Assembly (NCBI GenBank): GCA_030295235.1
Contig: AP026133.1
Location: 620,001 to 684,000, forward strand
Reading direction: 5' to 3'
Source of the DNA: Fistulifera solaris
Taxonomy: Eukaryota
DNA length: 64,000 nucleotides
The stretch's first letter is position 1, and each line of letters opens with the position of its first letter. A program made the position numbers and the translations under genes. Positions 48,771 through 60,737 of this stretch are shown here, piece after piece. The notes under the pieces are model-generated. The model did no database searches, had not been told where the DNA came from, and saw only the letters and a program-made list of their open reading frames with translations.

Positions 48771-50686
48771 ATGAGTCGCCAAGCCCTCTGGTCGAAGAAA
48801 ATCACATTTGCTTTAATCAGTGCTGCGATTGCGTTCTTCGCCGTCAGATTACATCATGGGACACGAATTGTCCGGCAACTTCGAAATCTCCAGACTCCAA
48901 AAGATGTCTTCGTGGACAATCTGAGAAGTTTCTCGACTTTGGAGCGAGAAATAGGAGGCATCTCTCTGCGGCATGTCCCATTAGCTAGTTTCATTTCTAC
49001 TGGTACAGGAGATTGGATGTCTTTTTTAGATGACAGTACGCTTCTTTCCCAAATTTCGATTCCTGGTACTCACGATAGTGCGGCTGCCATTGGGCGGCCG
49101 CTTTGTGATACGCAGAATTGGAACCTCTTGGATCAGCTGCTAAGTGGAATACGCTATTTGGACATCCGCTGTCGTCCTGTGGACAACTATTTCAACATTC
49201 ATCACGGTGTTTGCTTCCTTCATCAACGATTTGATGATGTTTTGAAAGTCGTATCCGGTTTTCTTTCAAATCACGCGGGCGAGACCATCATTATGCGAGT
49301 ATCTAATGCATTCCGGCCTTCTCACGACGCAATAAGCTTCGAGCAAATATGGAATAGATACATGGAAGATACTACCTACGGAACTTTATTTGTGCCCAAT
49401 TTGAGCAGTATCCCTACTCTGGGTGATGTGCGAGGGCGAATCATTGTTGTCAGCAATGAGCTAGGACCCCGACCGAATTATGGATATCAGTTTTTGGAGG
49501 ATCATTCACGAGTATTCAGGACGCATTCGAAATCGATAGTGATGAGAAAGTTGCTGAAAAAGTCGATCTTATTGTCACTCAGATGGAGAAAGCACCACTT
49601 CAACCTGAAAGGCTTACTTTTAATCATTTGAGCGGAACTGGACTTCCTGATTTACGTTTTACTCCAGAAGATGTGGCAGTGACGACTAATAATGCTGCCT
49701 ACGATCTAATCGGCTTTGGTGACTTTAAGCGGGTGGTTGGGATTTTAATTGCAGACTTTCCAGGCGAAGGACTCATTGGTCGAATCCTTTTAGTAATTTC
49801 GGAAAAGAGCTGGAAGAAAAGCTCAGGGCCCAGAATCAATTTCAACTGTATTCCACGACGAATTGCGAAGAAGGGAAACAAGTTGGGTACCTAGATTACC
49901 CCTACCCCGGAGGATCGGTCACAACACGCTTGTCGGATGAACCTGACGTAGATGACAATTCGGCGAGATCCATACTTCTTTCCGGGCCAGTGGAAGCAGG
50001 GACTAGGATTCTTGTTGGTGGGCTGTCTGATCTACTGGGGAAAAGCGATAGTACAATCATAACCGTCGTTGAAGATGTTCTGGAAGGGGGTTCTATTTGC
50101 ATTGAGAATCTCAGGAAATCAACCATTGAAAGTCAATTCGTACAAACATACCAAGAGTTTGCTGAAAGAAAAACCAATCTTCCGTCTTCTGTCCGAGTGG
50201 AAAGACCAACCGATGAAACCAAAGAGTTTGCTGTCACATTGACGAGGGAACTGCATTGGACGGGACGATTTTGTGCTGGAAAATCCTCCGAGAGTGCCCG
50301 GGGAGGTCTCGTCACTGGCATTCTGCGGTCTCACATTAAAGGTTGCCAGTCACTAGCGCAGTCCAAAACAAAAATCTGTGCTGGAGAGTCGTCGTCGTTG
50401 GACGAGCTTCGTTTCGCTCCTACGCAAGTCGAACCAGTGTCGAAAGGGATATTATGTTGGACAAACAAAATGCTTAGGACTGAAGTGCTCGCGAATGATG
50501 ATTCGGTGCTACAAAACAACGAGCTTGTGCTCACTCGACGCCAACGGACCAACATCGGTGCGTAAACTGCGTTATGGTGACGAAGATTTCTGCCCCTTTG
50601 GAACAATTTTAACCGGCGTAGAGTGTCAAAGACCAGCCTGCGTTGTCCTTACCGCATATTGCACAAAACTGACTTATACTCCTTAA
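48771..50686 (+). CDS. PI-PLC X-domain protein, copy 2 (multiple frameshifts; possible pseudogene)
   Basis: Same motifs as copy 1; frameshifts at ~49495, ~49790 and a 2-bp non-homopolymer deletion at ~50398. Confidence 0.78.
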
Positions 50687-50722
50687 TAGTTGAACTAATT
50701 TACAAAAAAACACTATTGTTTC

Positions 50723-51962
50723 TCAAATGTCAGGTGCGGCAATTACGCTATCCACCCAGTACTCCTCCCTCTTTTTCTTTCGTGATCTCGTCGAGCGTTG
50801 TTTTGTTTTCCTCTCTGACACTTCTGTCCACGCATTTAAGTGTCGCTCTGCAGGATATAAGCCAGCCCCCGTCATGTTCTGCAATGCTTCGACTGCACCG
50901 GTCCAGTTCCCCACAGAAACTGCTCCTTGCACCAAGAGTGCGTACGATGCTTTGTCTTTCGCTCCTACATCATGAACATTGAATTGATCTTCTCCGTTTT
51001 CCGGTTCGGGACCGCGCGATCTTTCTGTCAGATTGTCAGATAGCAACAGTGCAGCTTCCTGGTGAAGTCCCAAAGATTGATATACTGCGGCAATCGGATT
51101 CACATGCCGCGAAACTAACGGAATACGGTCTGGCAATTGTTTTACCACTTGCACTGCGCGATCCAAAGGTTCCCTTCGACTGGTTAACGATAAATGCTTC
51201 TTCTCCCGTGCCGCGCAAACACAGGCCCTCATTAAGCTCATAATCATTGTGTCCGTGATAAAAACGGTAGGTTCGTATTTCCTTCGTGATCGTCGACTTT
51301 TAGTAGCCGATTCTGTACTCACTCGGTCTAGCCATTTGTTTTCTTTTTGTTGTACTTCGTTGTATATTTCCAGTGCCTTCTCCCATTCTCCCAGCTTCGA
51401 GCATGCCACCAACGCACCTTCGTAATGAATGTTGGTTCGTTCAACTCTTCCTACACTACTACCACTAGTAGCAGTGGTGTTAGTCGGCATCACCATACGA
51501 TCATACGAGCGCAACGCATACCTCCACATGGCCGGCTGTGCCGACTTTCGTGCATTCTTCCAGATGGTCCCCGCGTATCCTTGGGGATCCATCGGTGGAG
51601 GCTGCGTGCGAAAATTGGGATTGTACGGAGAAATGCCTCGGAAGGGGGTGCCATCGGGGCAAAAATGTCGAATCTGAGGACGGGCCAAAGGATCGTCGAG
51701 CCATTTCAAATATCATGGCGGTCCCGCCATTCAACGTTTTGACAAGATCACCTCGGCGAGTCGGTTCTTCGTCTTGTTGATTGCTGGACATGCTTGCCCG
51801 AACGGACGCCCTCTTGTCGTTGGAAAACGTTCGATAAAGCAACACATGGTTTGTAGGAGCGAAAGCAAAAGCCTGCCACCATCTGCTTGGTATTTGATTC
51901 AGAAAAAGGACCAGCAATGGTATTAGGACGAAGGGACGGCGTCTTGGTTGTTTCCTCGTCAT
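50723..51962 (-). CDS. PPR/TPR-like helical-repeat protein, predicted plastid-targeted
   Basis: Signal-like segment ending QAFAF-AP; PPR-like helices (HYEGALVACSKLGEWEKALEIY, SYALLVQGAVSVGNWTGAVEALQNMTGAGLYP). One frameshift at ~51645. Confidence 0.75.
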
Positions 51963-54034
51963 CGTTCACTTTGACATTAATGCTTTTCCCCCGAGCAAAA
52001 GAAAGTGACACAAAGCGGCAGCAAGCAGCTGAAATCTTGCAGATACCAGAGGATATTGTATGCTGCTGGGTATGAACTGTAAGTCTCGACCTGGTAGTCT
52101 CGGTATATTTGCAACCACGCCGTTTTCACGTTTTTTTGTCGTAGTTGTTGAGGTTGATTTTGCGTGCTGACGCAAACCAACATTTTTAATGCCTGAATGC
52201 AGTCGTGGAGATGTTCCACACACTGGGTTCATACTAGCTACAAAGGAAAGACAAACAATTTGCAAGGCCTTATGACATCGTGAATCAACTCTTACATTGC
52301 TAAGCCTGCCGACTGTAATTGACTCCTGTAAAAGCAAATAAAACGGAGGTTTTAAACAGCTTCCTAGTCTAGTTCAAAGCAAAACGGTTCATGACTGAAA
52401 TGCAGTCGTGGCCTCCGAGAACCAACACTTTGGCGTATTTTTGACAACAAAAAATCGAGGCGTGTATTACCAATGATGCTGACGGTGAGTGTATTTTGTT
52501 GAAAACAACTGTAGCTCAAGAAGCTTGCAAACCGAACGAAAGTTAAGTAGAAGTCGGGCTCGGCCGAATAATGATCCGTGACACAATTTAGTCGTGGTAA
52601 AAAACGAGCAACACTTTGGCCTACAGTAAATACGAGAGAAAAACATTTTGCAAGGCGTTCCAACAAAAAGAATCGTGGCGGGTATTGCAAATGAAAATGA
52701 CGGAAATATTATCGTGCTAAACTCGACTGTAGCCTCAAAATCATGCAAAACGAACGGAAGTTAGGGAGCAGTTGGGCTCGCATTTTTATTCATAACTGAG
52801 ATTCACTCGTGGCACGAAAAGGTCTACACTTGGAAGGCATAATACCTTTGTCCGTTGAGCGACAGATGACAGATGACAGATGATGAGAATTTTGGGAGGG
52901 TCATATCAACTTCAGAATTCTCATCCAGACTTGACACCTTTTCTACGTATTTGCCAGTAGATTTTTTACGTGACACATTCGATCAAAATCGAGAATGCGT
53001 CCGCACGATAAAAGTGTTGCCTTTATAGTTTTTGTTTGCGTTTGATCGACATGAAAGTTTGACGTTTGACATCCGCACCATGCTATCACACACCAATCCT
53101 TTCCAATGATGACCTCGTCATGCGGCCACTTGGCTTTACACGTTGAGATCGGCGGGAGACTCTCCAGCGATCGGTAGGTCCGAGATCTTCCTTTTTTACC
53201 CCCTGGTCCTCGTGATCCTAGACTTTCCACGGACGGCTTTTTATGTTGAGTTCTATGCTTTTTTGTGGACGCGTTTGTGGTGAATACATTCCTTGTGAAC
53301 ACTTTTTACAGGCGGCTAGTCATTCGAATAAGTTTTTTTTTCATTCCAAGTGACATCGATCATGCAAAATCATTCCTACGTTTCAATGCGGTCCTGTAGA
53401 TCTTTCCAGCGATAATCGAAGAAACGGTTTCCCTTAAGTTTCACGTTCCCACTCTCCAAGATCAAAACCTTTCATCTGTCCTTTTCACCACTTTCAATGA
53501 ACGATCTCTTTCCTCGATTTCCCGTATCATGAGTTCCTTCGATGCCTTGGTAAGCTTTCACGTTTCATGTCTCGATCACTGACGTTACTTTATCAAGTTG
53601 CCATGTACGACTTTCCCGACTCCCAACACTTCATTCCCATATCATTACTTTTCACTATCCATATTTCCATTACGCGATATCACTATACCAACTCAACAAA
53701 CCGGGAGGGACTATTGTCTCTCCCCGCGGTTAGGGCAAAAAGCCCCGATCGTGCCCCCACCAACAATCAACCAGGTTAGAGTTCTTAGGAGTAGTACTAG
53801 AAATAACTAGTTTAGGTGACACACATTCTCAAGACTTTACCGAGTGTGTAGTGTTGTAGCCCTCGACGCGAACCGATTCATTCGGATTTAAAGCCGGAAA
53901 AAGGTGTAAACGCAACAATGGAATAATCAGTTGAATGTCAAAATTGACCTTTAACTTTAGGAAGCTAGGAATAAATACTCCGTATTAGGTATGTACGATA
54001 ATTATTCTAATTAGATTATTCATTTTTTCTGATT

Positions 54035-55331
54035 TTAATAACGGTCCACGTCGGGAGGAACTTCGACGGGTACTCGAACGGGGATCATTTGCGGCTGGCG
54101 TTGCATATTTTGTAAGCCCACGAGCGCTCCGGAACTGCAACACATCTTTTGAAGCCAAAATCACAACAGATTTCGGGGCGATTGCAATCAAAGTTGCTTT
54201 CGCAAGTGTCCTTTAATAGATCTCCTCCCATGAGTTTTTCGAAAAAGTTCATTGGTTTCGGTTCTTTCTTGGCCGACGCAGCGGCAGTGGCTGCTTCAGA
54301 GGCGAGTTCTTTTGTTTTTCGCCCATTTCTTTAATTTGCGATTGGAGTTGCAAAAACTCTTCTGGTGTCAAAGCTTTGAGTCCAAACTTCATTCGTGACT
54401 TGTTCTTAGTTTCCAATGCATTCCAATCAAGACCAGGGTACTGGTCGTTGACCACGTGATTCTCTTCATTTTCATCGCTCGTTGCTTCAAATGCAAACAA
54501 ACTAGACGAATCTGGATCCGAAAAGAGTCGAACTTGTTGCTGGAACGGAGTCACCATGTTGGGTGAATCGCCTTCCGCGAGACGAAATACATGCTCCAAA
54601 CTATCATCCCGCGAAAAACTCGGAACAGTGACCGTGTGTTGCTGCTTGAGTGCTTCAATGACTCCTTCTTTTGGCTGGATGGGCATGTTATTCATCAATA
54701 AATGTTCAATGCGATGTTGCACGATTTCCCCCGTCACTTGACTGATTTCGTATACGGATATTCCGTCCACGTGCAAAGTCGTTCGACTTCCACCAAAGAT
54801 TTCACGTGGAATCACTTCCGCATTCCAGTGAATACGAATATTCTGGCGTGCCTTATCGAAACACATGCGGAACGTCAAGGTCGATCTGGCGGGGCAATAG
54901 ATGAAGCGCACCAAGGCATGGAGAATGCGAAAGCTGTTTTTGTAAGCAGAAAGGCCGTGTACTTTCACTCCGGAAGGATCCACGACTTCGATATCACTCG
55001 AATAAATATTAAAGTTCGGTTGTTTCGTCAAAATATCGGGATAATCGTTTCGTAATATATCCAGAGCCCGTCCTACGCGCAATTCAAACTCCTCCTTGTT
55101 GCCCTGACACGAGTCGTAACCCTTTTTGGCGAGAGAACGAGCCATAAAGCGGTTGACCGACGGTACATAGCGCGGAAAGGATGACGATTGATGAAATGCG
55201 AATGACGAAGGAACCGTTGATTGTAAGAGAAAGGTAGCCGAAAGAGCTGCCGTAGCAAATACAAAGCACCTTCGCACGGTGCTTTGCTTTCGTTTCCGGC
55301 GATATGACATTGTGTGTGTTCGTTCGTCCAT
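54035..55331 (-). CDS. DUF2358-like (SnoaL/NTF2-fold) protein with C-terminal Cys cluster, predicted plastid-targeted
   Basis: GRALDILRNDYPDIL...IYSSDIEVVDPSG..HGL.AYK, DGISVYEI..GEIVQHRIE; SSFAF cleavage motif. Frameshifts at ~54315 and ~54150 lead to TCESNFDCNRPEICCDFGFK.MCCSSG and stop at 54035. Confidence 0.75.
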
Positions 55332-55781
55332 GTTGCTTCTAATTTTTTGTAGATTGTGCTCGAATAGCTTTGCAATGAAGAGCTACAAGTCAATTAGAAT
55401 GATTCACTGCTGATTGTGAGAGAGGATCAACACCAACCTGACACCAATCGTATGCTTTTACTTTCTCGAGAATACGACGAAGAATGCGATTTGCCTCGGT
55501 CGAACAGCCGTCGAACCGAAGCGAGAGCCGCTCACGTGGCCGAATTTCGGAAGGAATGAAATTGGCACGCGGTCAGACACGCAGCAGAAGCATCCGCACC
55601 TTCAATGCTGACTCATCACTCGTGATCCAATTCGATTCGGCGACTGGCAATTTGTTGCCTTTTTTCGTTGCAACATTTCGATAAACATATTTTTGTATCG
55701 TCACCTTGCACTCTTTTCTAACAATGATACTACGTCGATGCCCTCATTTCACTCTCTGGTTCTTTGCAGGGGCCTAGGAGA

Positions 55782-57038
55782 ATGAGTTGGAGTAATCCGT
55801 GGCGCCAAGGCTTTCGAAAGTCGACACTTCTACGCCTTTCGATTGCTCTTGTCTCTTTACTCTTGTTGGGAACGAATATTCTTACTGCTTTTCGCGGCGT
55901 ACGCATCCATCCAAGTCATCTTGCCTTCCAAGAAAACGATCTTTTACAGCGGCACGAGTACTCCAATCATACAGCTGATGCAATAAAGCTCCCACCTTTC
56001 ACTCCACAAGAATCTTTTGGTGCGTGTGCACTGATTTTGAATCAGAATCATCGTATCACGGAATGGATTGCCTATCACTACTTTGCTTTACCGATGCGTA
56101 CTTTGATTGTGGCGTATGATCCCAAAAGCACACAACGCGCGACCAACTTGTTGCATCGATGGCGCACCGTCATCGATATCGTCGAATGGGAAGAAGACGA
56201 CTATTTACCAGCGAATTGGTCGGATGGAATCACCCGGCAAACATTCTGGGCGAAACCCGTCGAATCAGTCATTTACGAAAACCGACAAATTTATTTTATG
56301 CAAGAATGTACGCTGGCGATGGCGGCCAAGAATGTTTCTCGTGTCATCCACCACGATGTCGACGAATACTTGCGCATTCATACCAAGGTAGTCCAGGGAT
56401 ATGATACGACCCATCCGGGGCATATTACCGAGTTTCTCAATCAAAAGAATAATACAATATCGGACATTGTTCCGGGATGGTCGCTCAATGCGAGTTGCTG
56501 GGTGTTTCATCGCCTTTTGTTTACTCCGATGCGAAAAGACTGGTCTACGGAACAGCAATCCATCTACCAAAAAAATGATCTTCCTTGGGTCCGCCCAATG
56601 CACTTTGAAACTTTGCGATATCGTTACCGGAATGCACATATTCAACAAACTGGAAAAGGAATACTTCAGCTGAATCACATACCATCCACTGTTCTCTTTC
56701 GTCGAGAGAACTTTTTCGACAAGTGGTTGAAAGTACACAATCCGCTGGGACGATCTCTGTGTCAAGGTCCTTGGCCATTGTCGTCCACTCCGTTGATATT
56801 GAATCATTATACGGGTAGTTATGAGGCGTACTTGTACGCGGCACAATGGGATCCGCGTTTCCAAGACCGCACCGAGTGGGAACGGCGGACGGCTCATGGA
56901 AAAGGTGTTCCCCGTTTGGAGGAGGGCATCACTAACTGGGTCGCTGCTTTTGTGGCGTGGCTTTCCGAACCGGTGGCGCGGGCGTTAATGAGTGACGCCG
57001 GTTGGAGGGATGAATGGAATCTTGGGCACGATGCATGA
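55782..57038 (+). CDS. Type II membrane glycosyltransferase-like protein (GT92/GT2-like)
   Basis: N-terminal TM; FGACALI..QNHRITEWIAYHY, HHDVDEY (DxD), LNHYTGS.E motifs. Confidence 0.75.
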   Translation: MSWSNPWRQGFRKSTLLRLSIALVSLLLLGTNILTAFRGVRIHPSHLAFQENDLLQRHEYSNHTADAIKLPPFTPQESFGACALILNQNHRITEWIAYHYFALPMRTLIVAYDPKSTQRATNLLHRWRTVIDIVEWEEDDYLPANWSDGITRQTFWAKPVESVIYENRQIYFMQECTLAMAAKNVSRVIHHDVDEYLRIHTKVVQGYDTTHPGHITEFLNQKNNTISDIVPGWSLNASCWVFHRLLFTPMRKDWSTEQQSIYQKNDLPWVRPMHFETLRYRYRNAHIQQTGKGILQLNHIPSTVLFRRENFFDKWLKVHNPLGRSLCQGPWPLSSTPLILNHYTGSYEAYLYAAQWDPRFQDRTEWERRTAHGKGVPRLEEGITNWVAAFVAWLSEPVARALMSDAGWRDEWNLGHDA

Positions 57039-57289
57039 AGTTCAAGAGTCGTCGGCACACATTGATGTTGAGCTAGTTCGTAATTATCAAGATTAACTTA
57101 GTGTCTACTGTGAAACTCAGGGGAATGGTGAAAGAGTCTTCGATATGGTAGTTTGACTATCTTGGCACAAAAGGCTTGAAAAAGTGGGATAAACAACCGT
57201 TTTGCTTTGGCTGAAGGATCAGGCGCAATACAAACCAAGAAAGCTGCGCAAAACGTCCTAGTGCTGCGTATTGTCGACATTTTACACTT

Positions 57290-57658
57290 TTAGAACGGCA
57301 GATACAGTTCACCTCGCGAGTAAAGTCGGAGCATTTCGTAGCCGTATGCTCCTGTAAACCCGGCGATCGATACCAGCGTGATTATTGGAATAAACAAGTC
57401 GCGCTCTTTTTGCGGTGTGGTGGTTGACAAGGGCTTTTCCTGCAAGGATTTTAAGAGCTTGATATTGTCTTTCGCTTGATTTTTCGTAACGCCAGTTTCT
57501 TCATTCCATCCATCATCCGATGCTTTCAACGTACGTATGGCTTTCCTGGCGCGTGGATGAGGCATGACAAAACTCTCGACACTTATCCAGAGGAAGAGCG
57601 ACAAAACAGCCATAGATTTGCACCTAGTTCGTCGTACTGGCCTCATTGGAGCAAGCAT
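57290..57658 (-). CDS. Small plastid-targeted membrane protein of unknown function
   Basis: Signal ending VES-FVMP; C-terminal TM ERDLFIPIITLVSIAGFTGAYGYEMLRLYSRGELYLPF. Confidence 0.65.
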   Translation of the reverse strand: MLAPMRPVRRTRCKSMAVLSLFLWISVESFVMPHPRARKAIRTLKASDDGWNEETGVTKNQAKDNIKLLKSLQEKPLSTTTPQKERDLFIPIITLVSIAGFTGAYGYEMLRLYSRGELYLPF

Positions 57659-58187
57659 GAGGAATATTTTTGTGGCAAATGAAGCTTCTTGGGCTTTGCG
57701 TCGATAAATCAATTGCAAATGCTTAACTAGATTAACAATAACAACACCAATAACAACAATCATCATTTTTTTGTCGAAACAGTACTCTTTGTGTCAGTGC
57801 GACTTTGATTTTCGATAGTAAATCTCTTCACTTGTGAAAATCTAGCGTAAGTACTCTAATATTGCTTACACAGACTGACTCAAAGCCACGGTACACACTT
57901 AATGTGCGTTATCCGTTGATGTTTATTGACTTCTAGAGCAATATGCGCCTCGCGCTGCGTTTTGCTGGCAAAACGCAACGTGCACCGCCAGCGGAGAATG
58001 AATATTAAAAAGCTCAATCATTCTTGTCAAAAAGTTGTTTTGTATACCGATTTGTCTTACTTGTTTGACACATTAGAGGGTTTCGGGCGAACTAGAGCAA
58101 GGAATAGCGAAACGTTGAAGCGCAACTAAATTCAATTTGCACGCGGCGAACTTTCTCCAGCGGTGTGTCTTTTGACGCGACAAAACA

Positions 58188-60243
58188 ATGAATCCGCCCG
58201 GCTTGCGTTTGGAAGAGAAGAAAAGCGCCGACGAAATCCGATCCCAAATTTCTTACAAATCGACACAGAGCAGTAGATCCTCGGTACTGCAACGAGCACG
58301 AGCCTACAACCGTCGCATCGACGAACAAAAGCAAAACGAAGACAACAGACGAGCCATGTCGTTAGAACGCCGAAGCGACGACGGGAGTGCTCCTGTAGAT
58401 ACATCTCCACCTCGATCAAAGTCAGCAGGACGTACTACTCAACAACAACAAGTGCAAAGTGCGAGTTCGGCTTTGACGAAACACCAGAGCCGTGCGAAAG
58501 CCTTGGAGAGCGTCCGACGCGATTCGAGATTACGGTCAATTAATCACGATCTGTCGACAAAACGAACCACAGAAGTGCAGCCGATGCAAAGGAATTCTTT
58601 AATACCCGCTGCTTCCGAAAACCGAATCACTCAAGAGAATCTTTTCGGGTCGCCGGATGCGGACAAGATCACCGCTGCCCGCCAGCAGCGTTCACAAAGT
58701 AATCCCCGACAAAGTTTCAGCACGAACAACTCGGCAGATAAGCCAGCTCATTCACCTCAACCACCTGGAAAGGAAATCATACAAGAAGACCAAGGACGTG
58801 TTCAAGAAAATCCTATAATTACGCCCGAATTGCTCGTGGAAGCGCTTTCGGGACATGAGGATGGGCTCCTGGCAATTGCGGAAAAACTGATGGAACACTA
58901 TGATTCAGGGTACGACGCAATGGGCGAAGCCATTATTGATGCCTTTGCGGATGTACAGAAGCTTTTTCAGCATGTGGTAGAAGCCGCGCATATGGAAGGG
59001 GCTGCTTTTGAAGCGAGTCGGCGTGAGAATGAAACCGCCGAGCGAAAAGGAGATTCTATCGGCAAAGAGGAAGGAATTGAGAGTCCCAACGACGCTCCAA
59101 TGACACCATCCACACCACAAGGGGGGCCTTCAAGGCACGATGAGTTTATCGATCAGGATGTTCAAGATATACTGCAAGAAGCGATTAAGAAAGGAAATGT
59201 GTTTCGTGACGCCAATCGTCACACGGAATGCTTTCAACTCTTTGAAAGCGCTTGCCAGGCTGCGTCGTCGCTCTTGCCTGTTGATTCCGATCATCGTGGC
59301 CGTTTGCAGCTCAGTCTCGCTCGCGCCGAATCCATGAGCCACGATCGAGCTTGCGCCATTTTACGGTACGCCATGGATGACGTACTACGGTCCAATATCC
59401 GAGCCGCCAAAACACCGCTCTTTGATGTGAGTAAGCGCGCGGACGTTGTTTTATCGAGGCCGGTAGTACACCCGAGTATTACGGCCAGTCGACAACCTTT
59501 GGGCGTTGTACAAAGTTCGGATGAAGCCTTGGCGAGTTTAATGGAAGAGATGAAAGAAATTTTGAGCGCACCGGTTTATAATGACACACCACTACAGGCT
59601 GTGGCCGGTCGATTTTGGGCAGCACTCCACGATGCCCAGAAAATGCAGCAGAAAAACGAGGAGCGTTTGGAGCACAATTTGGGAAAACTGAAGGGGGAAT
59701 TTCTTTTGGCTCGTGCGGTAAGTAATTGAATGAAAGCTTTCACGTGAAGCGAAACTCAACTTGGTCTCACAATGATGTTTTCGGTCACAGGAATGGGAAG
59801 AAAAGTTAAATCAATCTACCGAGATGGCAGAATCTTGGAAGGAACGATACGAGCAATTAAAAGAGCTACGTAGGGCCGATGGGTATATGGACCAAGCGCG
59901 GTCGTTCGCTAGTCGTATGTCGGAAAATGTCGGCCACGAAGATCAAACTCACGAAGCACCTAGCTTGTTTGGAACCGTCAAAAACTTTTCAACTCCGGCT
60001 AAAGCTGCTTCTGTAGCATCCTTTAGTAGCGGATTAGCGCAACAGGCAAAAACGTTGGTATCGCAAATGAATAGCTTCAATTGCAGCACAATGAATGAAA
60101 GAACAGGACCGACTGTCGCCTCTGAGATTGTTGAAGATGAAGCTGTAGAGAATGAGGAAGCGGTACTCGAAATCAGTCATTCAAAATCCAGGCAGCAGCG
60201 GACCACGTACTCGCGTTCTCCACAACGATCAGCGGATATTTGA
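58188..60243 (+). CDS. Hypothetical helical/coiled-coil protein, two exons
   Basis: 513-aa ORF spliced via intron 59718-59790 (gtaagt...cacag) in frame to ORF 59824-60243. Confidence 0.8.
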
Positions 60244-60737
60244 TGCTGAAAGCGTAATCTTTGTCATTTGTGTTTGTGTAGACTAGGCTAGTCTAACCTA
60301 GGCTCCGTTTTCCAGTTCCCATTCGGTGACTCGAATTTACAAGAGTATTTTAATTTTTTTAAACGTGTCCTTTTAGTATTCCTTTTGGACGATTTTTATC
60401 ATTTAGGGCATGTTAGAAACGGAAATTAATTCATTAACGGCATCAACCATGAGTGTTAATGTGCTTATCAAGACTTGCTCTAAATGGTAAAAGGTAGACT
60501 ACTTGACCGAGTGCAGTTGATTTCACGGGTGAAGTGAAATTGGTCGTGGTCGAGCATTACCGGGACTGCGATGCCCTTTTAGTCACGTCAAGTCACACCT
60601 AAGTTGCTTAGCGCGCGAGCCGCGTCGTCTTTCCGTTGTTATGGCTTTCGGCATCAACAAGTCGCGACCCAAAACGACGTTTGCCCTCATTTTTAGTTGC
60701 CAATGATTGCCTCTACGTGTCTCTTTCTATTGAGAAA

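Larger units (their letters stand above)
31141..51580. repeat. Tandem segmental duplication, copy 2 (~20.4 kb including a 980-bp insertion)
   Basis: Junction ...ccgcgtatcc|tagcggtagaagaacc joins the sequence at 51571-51580 to the sequence at 11637. Confidence 0.97.

Noticed and set aside
52940..53560. Possible gene on the minus strand
   Set aside because: Protein-like fragments are broken by multiple stops and show no recognisable family.
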